From: Bacillota bacterium
GTDB lineage: Bacteria > Bacillota > Clostridia > Oscillospirales > Oscillospiraceae
Direction of reading: 5' to 3'
DNA length: 64,000 nt
NCBI GenBank assembly: GCA_021768085.1
Contig: JAETOJ010000013.1
Coordinates: forward strand, 2,448 to 66,447
Notes under the pieces: model-generated
Seen by the model: the letters and a program-made list of their open reading frames with translations, nothing else
What the model was told of the DNA's origin: nothing
Database searches by the model: none
Shown here: piece after piece, positions 8,971 to 18,114 of the stretch
How positions within the stretch are numbered: the stretch's first letter is position 1
Layout of the letters: every line of letters starts with the position of its first letter
Translations under genes and position numbers: made by a program

Positions 8971-9192
8971 ATGGCGAAAAAAGCCGCTGCGGGGATGTTC
9001 GCGATATTGCTCGCCGCCCTTCTGATCCCCATCCCCAACCATTTGAAGGATGGGGGCACCGTTCAATACCGTGCGGTTCTCTACAGCGTGGAAAAACTCC
9101 ATAAGCTGAACCCGCCGGGCTCCCAGTCGGAGTATCAAAAGGGGACGGTGGTGGAGATCCTGGGGATCGAGGTTTTTAACAATACAAAATAG
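8971..9192 (+). CDS. Small hypothetical membrane-anchored protein
   Basis: AAAGGAG RBS; N-terminal hydrophobic stretch then IPIPNHLKDGGTVQYRAVLY. Confidence 0.65.
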   Translation: MAKKAAAGMFAILLAALLIPIPNHLKDGGTVQYRAVLYSVEKLHKLNPPGSQSEYQKGTVVEILGIEVFNNTK

Positions 9193-9269
9193 GTGTCATT
9201 TCCCTGGCCCCTTCCGCATATACTGATTTGTATGGGCAAACTGTATGTGCAGAAAAAGGAGCGATTCTG

Positions 9270-9371
9270 ATGAAGAAAGACAAACGGTTTCAGTCCCCCG
9301 GCAATCCGCCCCAGGACGTGGACGACCTGATCTTCTCCGGGCAGACCGACGCCCGGATCAGCCAGCGGTAA
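9270..9371 (+). CDS. Candidate 33-aa small protein (MKKDKRFQSPGNPPQDVDDLIFSGQTDARISQR), below the ORF-track cutoff
   Basis: AAAGGAG RBS, own promoter-like motif upstream and a terminator directly downstream. Confidence 0.5.
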   Translation: MKKDKRFQSPGNPPQDVDDLIFSGQTDARISQR

Positions 9372-9380
9372 ACCGCCGTC

Positions 9381-9412
9381 GCCCCGCCCCGGTCTGGGGC
9401 GGGGCGGTTTTT
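9381..9412 (+). terminator. Intrinsic terminator
   Basis: gccccgcccc-ggtct-ggggcggggc followed by ggttttt. Confidence 0.65.
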
Positions 9413-9417
9413 CCCGC

Positions 9418-9446
9418 TTGACATTTTTCGGGCCGGGTGATATACT
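9418..9446 (+). promoter_or_regulatory. SigA promoter of the thrS leader
   Basis: TTGACA-17 bp-TATACT. Confidence 0.85.
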
Positions 9447-9451
9447 GCACC

Positions 9452-9697
9452 TGTCAAACCGGCACTGACGGAGAAGAAACCGCAAAGCGGCGCACAGAGA
9501 GGGACGCGCATTGGTGGAAGCGCCCCGCGCAAGGCGGCGGCCGTACCACTCCCGAGCCGCCCGCGAGGAGCGGGACGGGGCCTTCCCGTTACAGAAGGAC
9601 ACAAAGCGGCGGTCGCAGATCGCAAGCAGGGTGGAACCGTGGGACGGATAATCGCGTCTCACCCCTGAACTTCATCAGGGGTGAGGCGTTTTTGTTT
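9452..9697 (+). ncRNA. T-box riboswitch (Thr specifier)
   Basis: AGAGAG and GGTGGAAG stem I motifs; probable ACC specifier at 9545-9547; T-box AAGCAGGGTGGAACCGTG at 9624-9641; terminator cgtctcacccctga...tcaggggtgaggcg-ttttt; upstream of thrS. Confidence 0.9.
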
Positions 9698-9722
9698 TAC
9701 CCCAACACAAGGAGGAATCATC

Positions 9723-11483
9723 ATGAGCGAGGAAAACAATCTGTATACGTTTGAAAACGAGGCGTACCGCAAAACCTATTGGCACACCTGCTCCCACGTG
9801 CTGGCCCAAGCCATGAAGCGGCTCCACCCGGAGGTGAAGCTGGCCATCGGCCCGTCCATCGACAACGGCTTCTATTACGACTTCGACACCCCCGAGCCCT
9901 TCACTGAGGGCCAGTTGGCGGAGCTGGAGGCGGAAATGCGCAAGATCTGCAAGGAGAAGCTGAAGCTGGAGCGGTTCGAGCTGCCCCGGGCGGAGGCTGT
10001 CCAGTTCATGGAGGAGAAAGGCGAGCCCTACAAGGTGGAGCTGATCCACGACCTGCCCGAGGACGCGGTGATCTCCTTCTACAAGCAGGGCGACTTTACC
10101 GACCTGTGCGCCGGCCCCCACCTGGACTCCACCGGGCGGATCAAGGGCAACGCCATCAAACTCACCGCCTGCAATGCTGCCTACTGGCGGGGGGACTCCA
10201 GCCGGCAGACCCTCCAGCGGATCTACGGCGTGGCTTTCCCTAAGAAAGAGGAGCTGGACGAGTATCTGGCCAAAATTGAGGAGGCTAAGAAGCGGGATCA
10301 CCGCAAGCTGGGCAAGGAGCTGGGCCTGTTCATGTTTCGGGACGAGGGCCCCGGTTTCCCCTTCTTCCTGCCCAAGGGCATGGTGCTGAAAAACACCCTC
10401 ATCGACTACTGGCGGCAGGTTCACAAGAAGTACGGCTATGTGGAGATCTCCACCCCCATCATGCTCAACCGGCAGCTCTGGGAGCGCTCCGGCCACTGGG
10501 ATCACTATAAGAACAATATGTACACCACCGTCATCGACGACGTGGACTTCGCCGTCAAGCCCATGAACTGCCCTGGCGGGATGCTGGTGTACGCCAGCGA
10601 GCCCCACTCCTACAAGGAGCTGCCCCTGCGGGTGGCGGAGCTGGGCCTGGTTCACCGCCACGAGCTGTCCGGTGCACTTCACGGCCTGTTCCGGGTACGC
10701 TGCTTCACCCAGGACGATGCCCACGTGTTCATGACCCAGGATCAGATGAAGGATGTGATCCAGGAGACGGTGCGCCTGTTCGATGAGGTATACAACGTAT
10801 TCGACCTGAGTTACGAGATCGAGCTGTCCACCATGCCGGAGGATCACATCGGCACCGTGGAGGAGTGGGAACGCAACCAGGACATCCTCAAGGACGCGAT
10901 TACCAGCATGGGTAAGAAGTTCGTCATCAACGAGGGGGACGGGGCGTTCTACGGGCCCAAGCTGGACTTCCATCTGGCCGACTCCCTGGGGCACACCTGG
11001 CAGTGCGGCACCATCCAGCTGGACAGCCAGCTGCCCGAGCGGTTCGAGCTGGAGTATACCGGCGAGGACGGCCAGAAGCACCGCCCCGTCATGATCCACC
11101 GTGTGGTGCTGGGCTCCATCGAGCGGTTTATTGGCAGCATCACCGAGCACTTCGCCGGGGCCTTCCCGGTGTGGCTGGCCCCGGTGCAGGTGAAGGTGCT
11201 GCCCGTCACCGACCGGGCGGAGGAGTATGCCAAGGAAGTGGCCGCCAAGCTGGAGGCCCAGGGCTTCCGCTGCGAGGTGGACGAGCGCAATGAGAAGATC
11301 GGCAAGAAGATCCGGGAGGCCACCCTGGAAAAGGTGCCCTTCATGCTGGTGGTGGGCGACCGGGACATGGAGAACGGCACCGTTTCCCCCCGCCGCCGCT
11401 CCGGCGAGGATCTGGGTGCCATGGCGCTGGACGCCTTCGCCGCCCTGTTGGGGGACGAGGTGTCCTCCAAAGCCATCAAATAA
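9723..11483 (+). CDS. thrS: Threonine--tRNA ligase
   Basis: HTCSHVLAQA, DLCAGPH, RDHRKLG, KPMNCP, GLFRVRCFTQDDAH, AFYGPKLD and GSIERF motifs. Confidence 0.98.
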   Translation: MSEENNLYTFENEAYRKTYWHTCSHVLAQAMKRLHPEVKLAIGPSIDNGFYYDFDTPEPFTEGQLAELEAEMRKICKEKLKLERFELPRAEAVQFMEEKGEPYKVELIHDLPEDAVISFYKQGDFTDLCAGPHLDSTGRIKGNAIKLTACNAAYWRGDSSRQTLQRIYGVAFPKKEELDEYLAKIEEAKKRDHRKLGKELGLFMFRDEGPGFPFFLPKGMVLKNTLIDYWRQVHKKYGYVEISTPIMLNRQLWERSGHWDHYKNNMYTTVIDDVDFAVKPMNCPGGMLVYASEPHSYKELPLRVAELGLVHRHELSGALHGLFRVRCFTQDDAHVFMTQDQMKDVIQETVRLFDEVYNVFDLSYEIELSTMPEDHIGTVEEWERNQDILKDAITSMGKKFVINEGDGAFYGPKLDFHLADSLGHTWQCGTIQLDSQLPERFELEYTGEDGQKHRPVMIHRVVLGSIERFIGSITEHFAGAFPVWLAPVQVKVLPVTDRAEEYAKEVAAKLEAQGFRCEVDERNEKIGKKIREATLEKVPFMLVVGDRDMENGTVSPRRRSGEDLGAMALDAFAALLGDEVSSKAIK

Positions 11484-11496
11484 AGCGGAATATGGA

Positions 11497-11530
11497 AAAG
11501 CGGCCCGTCCCGGGAGGGACGGGCCGCTTT
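11497..11530. terminator. Bidirectional terminator
   Basis: aaagcggcccgtccc-ggga-gggacgggccgcttt between convergent thrS and permease. Confidence 0.85.
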
Positions 11531-11548
11531 GCGCTTGTGGGGAGGGGG

Positions 11549-12415
11549 TTAGCCCTTCACGCCACCGGAGGCGAGGCCGCTGACCAGATTCTTCTCAATG
11601 CACATGAACAGGATCACCACCGGGATGATGGCGAAGATGGAGGCGGCAAACAGATATTGCCACTCAATCATGTTATAGCCGTTGAAGGTGTTGATGCCCA
11701 CCGTCAGGGGTTTCAGAGTGTCGGTGGAGATCAGGCACAGGGCCACGGTGTACTCGTTCCAGGCGTTGATGAAGATGAAGATCAGGGTGGTGACGATGCC
11801 GGGGGCGGCTACGGGCAGCAGCACCCGCATCATGGCCTGCACCCGATTGCAGCCGTCAATGGTGGCGGCCTGCTCCATTTCGGCGGAGATGCCAATAAAC
11901 GTCCCCCGGAGCAGCCAGATGGTAAAGGCCTGGTTGAAGGCGGCGTTGATAAAGACCAGGCCCAGGATGCTGTCCGTCAGGCCCAGAACCTGCATCACCT
12001 GGTAGATGCCGATGAGCAGCACCACGGGGGCGAACATCTGGGAGACGATGACGAAGCCCAGGAACGCGGTCTGGCCTTTGAACTTCATGCGGGCCAGGGC
12101 GTAGGCGGCGGGAATACCGCACAGCATGGCGATCACGGTGGAGCCGCCCGCGATGAGGACAGAGTTAAGCAGGTAGCGGGCCATGGGTGCACGGCTCCAG
12201 ATCTCGATGAAGTTGGACCACAGGGCGGTGACGGGCAGGATAGTGTTGCCGGAGAAGATCTCCACCCGGTTTTTCAGCGCCGTGCACAGCATAGCGAAGT
12301 AGGGGTAGAGGGTGATGACGCACACGTCCAGCACCACAAAGTACAGCAGCACCCGCAGAATGACCTTTTTCACCGAGACCGGCTTTTTGACGGCGTTGGC
12401 GGCGGGATTACTCAT
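11549..12415 (-). CDS. Carbohydrate ABC transporter permease (MalG-like)
   Basis: EAA loop EMEQAATIDGC; six TM segments. Confidence 0.92.
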   Translation of the reverse strand: MSNPAANAVKKPVSVKKVILRVLLYFVVLDVCVITLYPYFAMLCTALKNRVEIFSGNTILPVTALWSNFIEIWSRAPMARYLLNSVLIAGGSTVIAMLCGIPAAYALARMKFKGQTAFLGFVIVSQMFAPVVLLIGIYQVMQVLGLTDSILGLVFINAAFNQAFTIWLLRGTFIGISAEMEQAATIDGCNRVQAMMRVLLPVAAPGIVTTLIFIFINAWNEYTVALCLISTDTLKPLTVGINTFNGYNMIEWQYLFAASIFAIIPVVILFMCIEKNLVSGLASGGVKG

Positions 12416-13353
12416 AGATCGCCATCTCCTTTCCGCAGGGTGTAAATCATGTACGCGCTGGCGCAGATCAGCAGGATCAGGAAGCCGATGACGGAGACCG
12501 CCGCCGCCTCCCCCTGCCGGCCGTTGTAGAAGGCCAGCTTATACAGGTAGGTTACCAGGGTGTCGGTGCGGTTGGCCGGGTCACCCTTTGTCATGGTCCA
12601 GATGATGGGGAAGGAGTTGAACACATAGATGATGTTCAGCACGGTGGACACCGTCAGGGAGGACTTTACCAGCGGCAGGGTAATTTTAAACAGCTTTTGC
12701 CAGTAGGTGGCCCCGTCCACCGTGGCGGCCTCGTAGTAGGAGCCGTCGATGCTTTGTAGCCCCGACAGGACGCAGAAGGTGACAAAGGGGATGGTGACGA
12801 AAATACCGCAGGCGATCTCCCAGCCGAAGTAGGCTTCCGGGGTGGGGGTCCAGTTCACCGGTTCGCTGATGATCCGCAGCTTCATCAGCAGGGTGTTCAG
12901 GGTGCCGTAGTCCTTATTGATGATGAAGCCCCAGGCGCTGGCCTGGATCACCAAGGTGGTGGCCCAGGGGAACACCACGATGGCCCGGGCGATCTTCCGG
13001 CCGCGGAACTTGTTGTTCAGCACCAGGGCCAGCATAAAGCCCAGCACGGTGGACAGCACCACCACCGCGATGGTCCACACCAGGGTGTTCTTCAGCACCA
13101 TGGCAAAGGCAGGGGTTTTGATGATCTTGGTGAAATTGGCGAAGTTGTTGAAGCCCCTGAGCTGGCCTGTTTTGCTCACGTTGTTCAGCGCCATCCGGAA
13201 CACGGAGATAATGGGGATCAGGATGAAAATAGCCATCAAAATGACGCTGGGGGCGATCCAGATATACGGCTCAACTTTACGGAGAACCCGCTTGCCGGAA
13301 TAGGGGTCCTTTTTGGTGGTGGAGACGGCTTTTGGCGCGGTTGCTTTACTCAC
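12412..13353 (-). CDS. Carbohydrate ABC transporter permease (MalF-like)
   Basis: EAA loop YYEAATVDGA; LVTYLYKLAF. Confidence 0.92.
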   Translation of the reverse strand: MSKATAPKAVSTTKKDPYSGKRVLRKVEPYIWIAPSVILMAIFILIPIISVFRMALNNVSKTGQLRGFNNFANFTKIIKTPAFAMVLKNTLVWTIAVVVLSTVLGFMLALVLNNKFRGRKIARAIVVFPWATTLVIQASAWGFIINKDYGTLNTLLMKLRIISEPVNWTPTPEAYFGWEIACGIFVTIPFVTFCVLSGLQSIDGSYYEAATVDGATYWQKLFKITLPLVKSSLTVSTVLNIIYVFNSFPIIWTMTKGDPANRTDTLVTYLYKLAFYNGRQGEAAAVSVIGFLILLICASAYMIYTLRKGDGDL

Positions 13354-13444
13354 GGGGACACCTCCCTATTTTCTCCCGCACAGGCTCCTTTCGGCCGCTT
13401 TCAAAACGCGGAAGCCTTCCGCACTTTGAGAACGGCTGAAAGAA

Positions 13445-13479
13445 GCCGCGGGCCAGGCCGCTCTGGCCTGGCCCGTGGC
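13445..13479 (-). terminator. Hairpin after the SBP gene (terminator or mRNA stabiliser)
   Basis: gccgcgggccaggcc-gctct-ggcctggcccgtggc. Confidence 0.6.
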
Positions 13480-13514
13480 AGTGCGTTGTTTCGATTTTGA
13501 ATGTGCTGGGACGA

Positions 13515-14840
13515 TTAGCCGGCGATTTCAGCCTGGAGGTTATCCAGCAGCTCCTGGACGTTGCCGCCCAGCAGGGCCTGCTGCTCCACGTTGATGACGC
13601 CCTGCTTCACGTCGGCCCACTCGGCCTTGGCGGTGGGATAGAACTTGCAGGAGCCCACGATGTCAACCCAGGGGGCCATGGCGGGGTCGGACGCGGCCAC
13701 GATCTCGCCGCCGGCAGAGGTGGCGGGCAGGAAGCCCTCCATCAGCACCCAATCGGAGTACCGGTTATCCTCATAGAAGAAATCGAAGAAGGTCTTGATG
13801 GCCTCGATCTTCTCAGCGGAGTGGTTGTTGTCGAAGCACATAAAGCGATCCATAACGCCAGCGGAGACGGAGGCATTGCCGCCGTTGGTGGGGATGGCCG
13901 CGAAGGCGTAGTTGATCTGCTCCTCCTTGGGGGTGTTGGCCTTGGCATAGTTGTCAGCGATGTAGGTGGGGATGGAGTTGGGGCCGATGACCATGGCCAG
14001 CTTGCCGGCGCCGAACAGATCTTGCAGATTGTAGCGGGTCTCGTTGGCGGGGTCGGAGTTCGTCAGGCCGTCATTGACCAGGCCAATGGCGTACTCAATG
14101 GCTTCCACGTTCTTCGGATCGTTGAGGATCCAGTTGCCGTTGGCATCGGTGAAGTCACTGCCGTTGTTCCAGACGTAGTAGGCGAAAGCGGCCTGGCCCT
14201 CGTCAGTAGTCATGTCAATGCCCCAGGGATAGATGCTGGAGTCATAGGCCTTGATCTTCTCGCAGGCGGCCTTCAGCTCATCCCAGGTGGTGGGGACCTT
14301 GTCCACGCCGGCGGCCTCGAGGATGTCCACGTTGTAGTACATGGCGCGGGCGGAGGCCAGATCGGGGATGGCCCACACGGTGCCGTCCACCACGGACTGA
14401 TCCAGGAAGGCCTCGTAGAACTTGGCGTAGGTCTCCTCGGACACGTAGTCCTTGGCGGGCAGGAGCAGGTCGTCGGCCTGATAGTCGGCGAACACGTCGA
14501 TGTTCAGGATGTCGGGAGCGTTGTTGCCGCCCAGACGGGTGTTCACCACGGTATAGATGTCGTTCCAGGACACGACCTCCACCACCAGGTTGATGTTCTC
14601 ATAGGCCTTGTTGAACTCGTCCTGGAAGTCAGCCCACCACTGCTTGGTGTTCTGGCCGTACTCGGCGGCGATGACGTTGATGTCGATCTTGTCACCGGCG
14701 GGCTGGGGATCGGCGGGCTTCTGGGTCTCCTGGGTGCCGGCGTTGGGATCCTTGGTGGGATCCGGGGTGTTGCTGTTGGCGCAGGCCACGAGAGAGAGCG
14801 CCATGGCCAGGGCCAGCAGCAGTGCAAGAATCTTTTTCAT
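13515..14840 (-). CDS. Sugar ABC transporter solute-binding lipoprotein (family 1)
   Basis: Lipobox MKKILALLLALAMALSLVAC; PDI, YYNVDILEAAG, PTTWDEL motifs; RBS AAGGAG spaced correctly for the ATG at 14840. Confidence 0.92.
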   Translation of the reverse strand: MKKILALLLALAMALSLVACANSNTPDPTKDPNAGTQETQKPADPQPAGDKIDINVIAAEYGQNTKQWWADFQDEFNKAYENINLVVEVVSWNDIYTVVNTRLGGNNAPDILNIDVFADYQADDLLLPAKDYVSEETYAKFYEAFLDQSVVDGTVWAIPDLASARAMYYNVDILEAAGVDKVPTTWDELKAACEKIKAYDSSIYPWGIDMTTDEGQAAFAYYVWNNGSDFTDANGNWILNDPKNVEAIEYAIGLVNDGLTNSDPANETRYNLQDLFGAGKLAMVIGPNSIPTYIADNYAKANTPKEEQINYAFAAIPTNGGNASVSAGVMDRFMCFDNNHSAEKIEAIKTFFDFFYEDNRYSDWVLMEGFLPATSAGGEIVAASDPAMAPWVDIVGSCKFYPTAKAEWADVKQGVINVEQQALLGGNVQELLDNLQAEIAG

Positions 14841-15049
14841 TTTCATTCTCCTTCTCAATGATGTTCTTCCTCCCGCAGTCCAGGCGGAAATGCCTGGAAA
14901 AAGGAGGCCGAGTACGTTGGCAAATTTCACAAACGTACTCTGTTGATACTGATTATACTTAGGCGTTCTGCAAATAAATAGGTGAAAACGTCCGGGTTAT
15001 AGAAAAATCGTACGAACATGAAAATTCGTACGATTTTTCTGAAAATTTG

Positions 15050-15904
15050 TCATTCGGTCAGAGGGGCAGGGCGGGCGCTTTTCCGGTACTGGCTGGGGGT
15101 GGTGCCGGCCACAGAGCGGAACACCTTGGAGAAATAGTTGTAGTCGCTGATGCCCACCGCCTCCGCCACGGCGGAGACGGGCAGGCTGCTCTGGATCAGC
15201 AGGCGCTTGGCCGCGTCGATGCGCCGCTGGGCGATGAGCCAGGACAGGGTGTGCCCGCCGGACAGCTCCTTGGCCAGGGCGCACAGCTTGGTGCGGCCGA
15301 TGTGGAGCTGCCGGGAGAGCTGGGCCAGGGAAAGCTTCTCCATATAGTGCTGATCCAGGTAGCCCTCCAGCCGCTCCAGGTCGCTCTGCTCGGCGGACTG
15401 GATCAGGCCCTCCAGCCGGATATAGGCGGCCAGGGCCTCCAGGGTTTCGGAGTAGGCCCGCAGTTCCTCCCCGGAGCACTGGCGGAACTGAAAAAAGGCC
15501 CGGCGGAGCTCCTCCACGTCCCCGGGCCACCAGTCCAGCAAGGGACGGGTGTTCTCCCACTGCTCCTCCACGGGGGAATCATCCAGGTAGCAGCCGAACA
15601 CCAGCCAGGCCAAGGGCTCCTCTTTGCTGTAGAGGGGCATGAGGGCCTCGCAGACGCCCAGATGGCAGCGGTAATACTGAAATCCGCCGTCTCCGGCGTA
15701 GCTGTTTACTTTCCAGGCATCGCAGGCCACACAGCGGGCATGGCCCTCGGGGTTGGCGTTGACGATGCGACAGAACGGGGGATGGCCGCTGAACAGCCGG
15801 ATATCCCGGCCGGTGACGTCCAGAATGTTGGCGGGCACGCCGGTGAGGATATCCAGGTTGGCAATGAGCCTGCTCAGCCGTTTTTCATCGAACAGGGTAT
15901 TCAA
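15050..15904 (-). CDS. AraC-family regulator with PocR-like sensor domain
   Basis: GHPPFCRIVN...YRCHLGVCEALMP N-terminal domain; AVGISDYNYFSKVFR...TPSQYRK AraC HTH; TTG start after GGAGG. Confidence 0.88.
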   Translation of the reverse strand: MNTLFDEKRLSRLIANLDILTGVPANILDVTGRDIRLFSGHPPFCRIVNANPEGHARCVACDAWKVNSYAGDGGFQYYRCHLGVCEALMPLYSKEEPLAWLVFGCYLDDSPVEEQWENTRPLLDWWPGDVEELRRAFFQFRQCSGEELRAYSETLEALAAYIRLEGLIQSAEQSDLERLEGYLDQHYMEKLSLAQLSRQLHIGRTKLCALAKELSGGHTLSWLIAQRRIDAAKRLLIQSSLPVSAVAEAVGISDYNYFSKVFRSVAGTTPSQYRKSARPAPLTE

Positions 15905-15995
15905 TTGGCGCGCCTCCTCTCCCCAATTTGCCGCTTTGCCGTAAGGCAAAGCGCACACGGGGCGTACGCCCCGTGTGCGTGATGGTTGTTTTCGC

Positions 15996-17111
15996 TCAGC
16001 CCTTCCGGTATTTCGACACGATGCCCTCCAGCTCGCTCCAGTGGGCCTCCATGTCGGACACCAGCTTGCACTGGGTACGGCAGCGATCCAGGTTGTGCCC
16101 CTCCCGGGCGATGTGGAAGTACACGTCCCCCACCAGGTAGTCGGTGAGGAAGCGGATGCCGCACTCCAGCGTCATCAGCTTGGCCCCCCAGGGCAGGTAC
16201 TCCACCTCGCTGTCGGTGAGGGCGTCCCCCGCCTCGCTGAGGAAGGCCTCGGTGTAGGCGGCGAACAGGTCCAGATCCAGGTTCACCTTGGACAAGTCCG
16301 TCTCATCCTCGGCGCAGTGGTTGGCGCCAAAGCGGATGGAGTCGCCGAAGTCGTTGATGGACAGGCCAGGCATGACGGTGTCCAGGTCGATGATGCACAC
16401 GCCCTCGCCGGTTTTGTCGTCCATGAGGACGTTGTTCAGCTTGGTGTCGTTGTGGGTGACCCGCAGGGGCAGCGTCCCCGCCCGCAGGGCAGACAGGGCC
16501 ACGGAGCAGTCCGTCTCCCGATCCAGCATGAACCGGATCTCCGGCTGACAGCTCGCCGCCCGGCCCAGGGGATCAGCCTCAATAGCCGCCTTCAGCTTGG
16601 CCAGCCGATCCTCGGTGTCGTGGAAGTGGGGGATGGTTTCGTACAGGGTGTCCGCCGGGTAGTCCCGCAGCAGCTTCTGGAACCGGCCGAAAGCCCGTCC
16701 GGAGGAGGCGAACAGCTCGGGTGTCTCGGCGGACTGATAGCAGATGGTGTGCTCCACAAAGGGGTACAGCCGCCAGGCGCCCCCTTGGCTGTCGGTGAAA
16801 TAGGGCTGGCCGTTTTTGGGGCGGAGCACCTCCAAGGCCTCCCGGCTGCGGTCGCCGCCGTTCTTCTGGATCTCCCGGCCCAGATAGTCGGTGACGCCGA
16901 TGATGTTCTCCATGAGCTGATCGGGCCGCTTGAAGGCGGCGGGGCTCATGCGCTGGAGGATGAACCGGCGGCAGCACAGATTTTCCGGCTGGGTATGTAC
17001 TACAAAAGTGTCGTTGATGTGGCCCTGGCCGAAGCGGATGGCTCCCACCACCGGGGCGCCGAAGTCAAAGGCGTCCAGCGCCTCGTGCAGGGCGGTGTCA
17101 AGGTCTGCCAT
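15996..17111 (-). CDS. N-acetylhexosamine 1-kinase-like phosphotransferase (APH fold, NahK/LnpB-like)
   Basis: GQGHINDTF, HNDTKLNN, IDLDTVMPG, DFGDSIR and TLECGIRFLTDYL motifs. Confidence 0.82.
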   Translation of the reverse strand: MADLDTALHEALDAFDFGAPVVGAIRFGQGHINDTFVVHTQPENLCCRRFILQRMSPAAFKRPDQLMENIIGVTDYLGREIQKNGGDRSREALEVLRPKNGQPYFTDSQGGAWRLYPFVEHTICYQSAETPELFASSGRAFGRFQKLLRDYPADTLYETIPHFHDTEDRLAKLKAAIEADPLGRAASCQPEIRFMLDRETDCSVALSALRAGTLPLRVTHNDTKLNNVLMDDKTGEGVCIIDLDTVMPGLSINDFGDSIRFGANHCAEDETDLSKVNLDLDLFAAYTEAFLSEAGDALTDSEVEYLPWGAKLMTLECGIRFLTDYLVGDVYFHIAREGHNLDRCRTQCKLVSDMEAHWSELEGIVSKYRKG

Positions 17112-17117
17112 GTCGTC

Positions 17118-18041
17118 TCAAGCCTCCCACAGGTGGTCGGGGTAGAGCCCCGCCTTTGTCTTTTCTGCAATGGCGGCCACCACGGTGGGCTTGTCCTCCC
17201 GGTAGGTGACGCCGTACCACTTGTCCTCGCTGACAAGCACCCGCACCTGGGCCTTGTTCTCCTGGATCAGCTGCTCCACCACCATGGGCAGGAAATACTC
17301 CGCCTTGGTGGGATTCTCTGCCAGCGCCTTGTCCAGGAAGGCGGGGAAGCGGGCCAGGGCCTCGTCCAGAAAGCTGCGGGTGAAGCCCCACATATTCATG
17401 GACACGGTGGTGTTCCCGGGCAGGGGCGTCCAGGTCTGGCCGCCGTCCTCGGTGAAGCGGGCGTCGTCCCCGTCCTTCTCGATGGTGGTGCGCTCCTGGA
17501 TGTCCCGGAGGATGTGCTCCCCGTCCACGGTGCACACGCCCCGGGCCACGGAGCCGTGCTCGGTGACGGTGTTCTTCAGCAGGTAACCCACCATCACGTA
17601 CTCGTACAGATCCCCGTCGGGGTGGGCGCACAGGTAGTCGTAGATGAGCTGGTACGCCTCGGGGCCGTAGTAGTCGTCGGCATTGATGATGGCGAAGGGG
17701 CCGTCCACCAGCTCCCGGGCGGACAGGGCAGCCTGGGCGGTGCCCCAGGGTTTGGTGCGCCCCTCCGGGACGGCGTAGCCGGCCGGCAGGTCGTCCTTGC
17801 GCTGGAAGGCGTACTTCACGTCCATCACCTTGGACACCCGGTCACCGATGCAAGCGCGGAAGTCGGCTTCGATCTCCTCCTTGATCACGAAGATCACGGT
17901 GTCAAAACCGGCCCGGTGGGCGTCGTAAATGGAGTAGTCGATGATGAGCTGGCCGTGGTTGCCCACGGGATCCAGCTGCTTGAGGCCGCCGTACCGGCTG
18001 CCCATGCCGGCGGCCATGATCACTAAAACAGGCTTTTTCAC
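17118..18041 (-). CDS. Sugar-1-phosphate nucleotidyltransferase (NTP_transferase family)
   Basis: MAAGMGSRYGGLKQ, KPWGTA, INADDYYG motifs. Confidence 0.9.
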   Translation of the reverse strand: MKKPVLVIMAAGMGSRYGGLKQLDPVGNHGQLIIDYSIYDAHRAGFDTVIFVIKEEIEADFRACIGDRVSKVMDVKYAFQRKDDLPAGYAVPEGRTKPWGTAQAALSARELVDGPFAIINADDYYGPEAYQLIYDYLCAHPDGDLYEYVMVGYLLKNTVTEHGSVARGVCTVDGEHILRDIQERTTIEKDGDDARFTEDGGQTWTPLPGNTTVSMNMWGFTRSFLDEALARFPAFLDKALAENPTKAEYFLPMVVEQLIQENKAQVRVLVSEDKWYGVTYREDKPTVVAAIAEKTKAGLYPDHLWEA

Positions 18042-18114
18042 TGTCTGCCATCCTCCTTAAATCTCTTAAATCTGCATGTAGAGGCGCATGCCGCGCCCGT
18101 TTGGATTTTACCGC

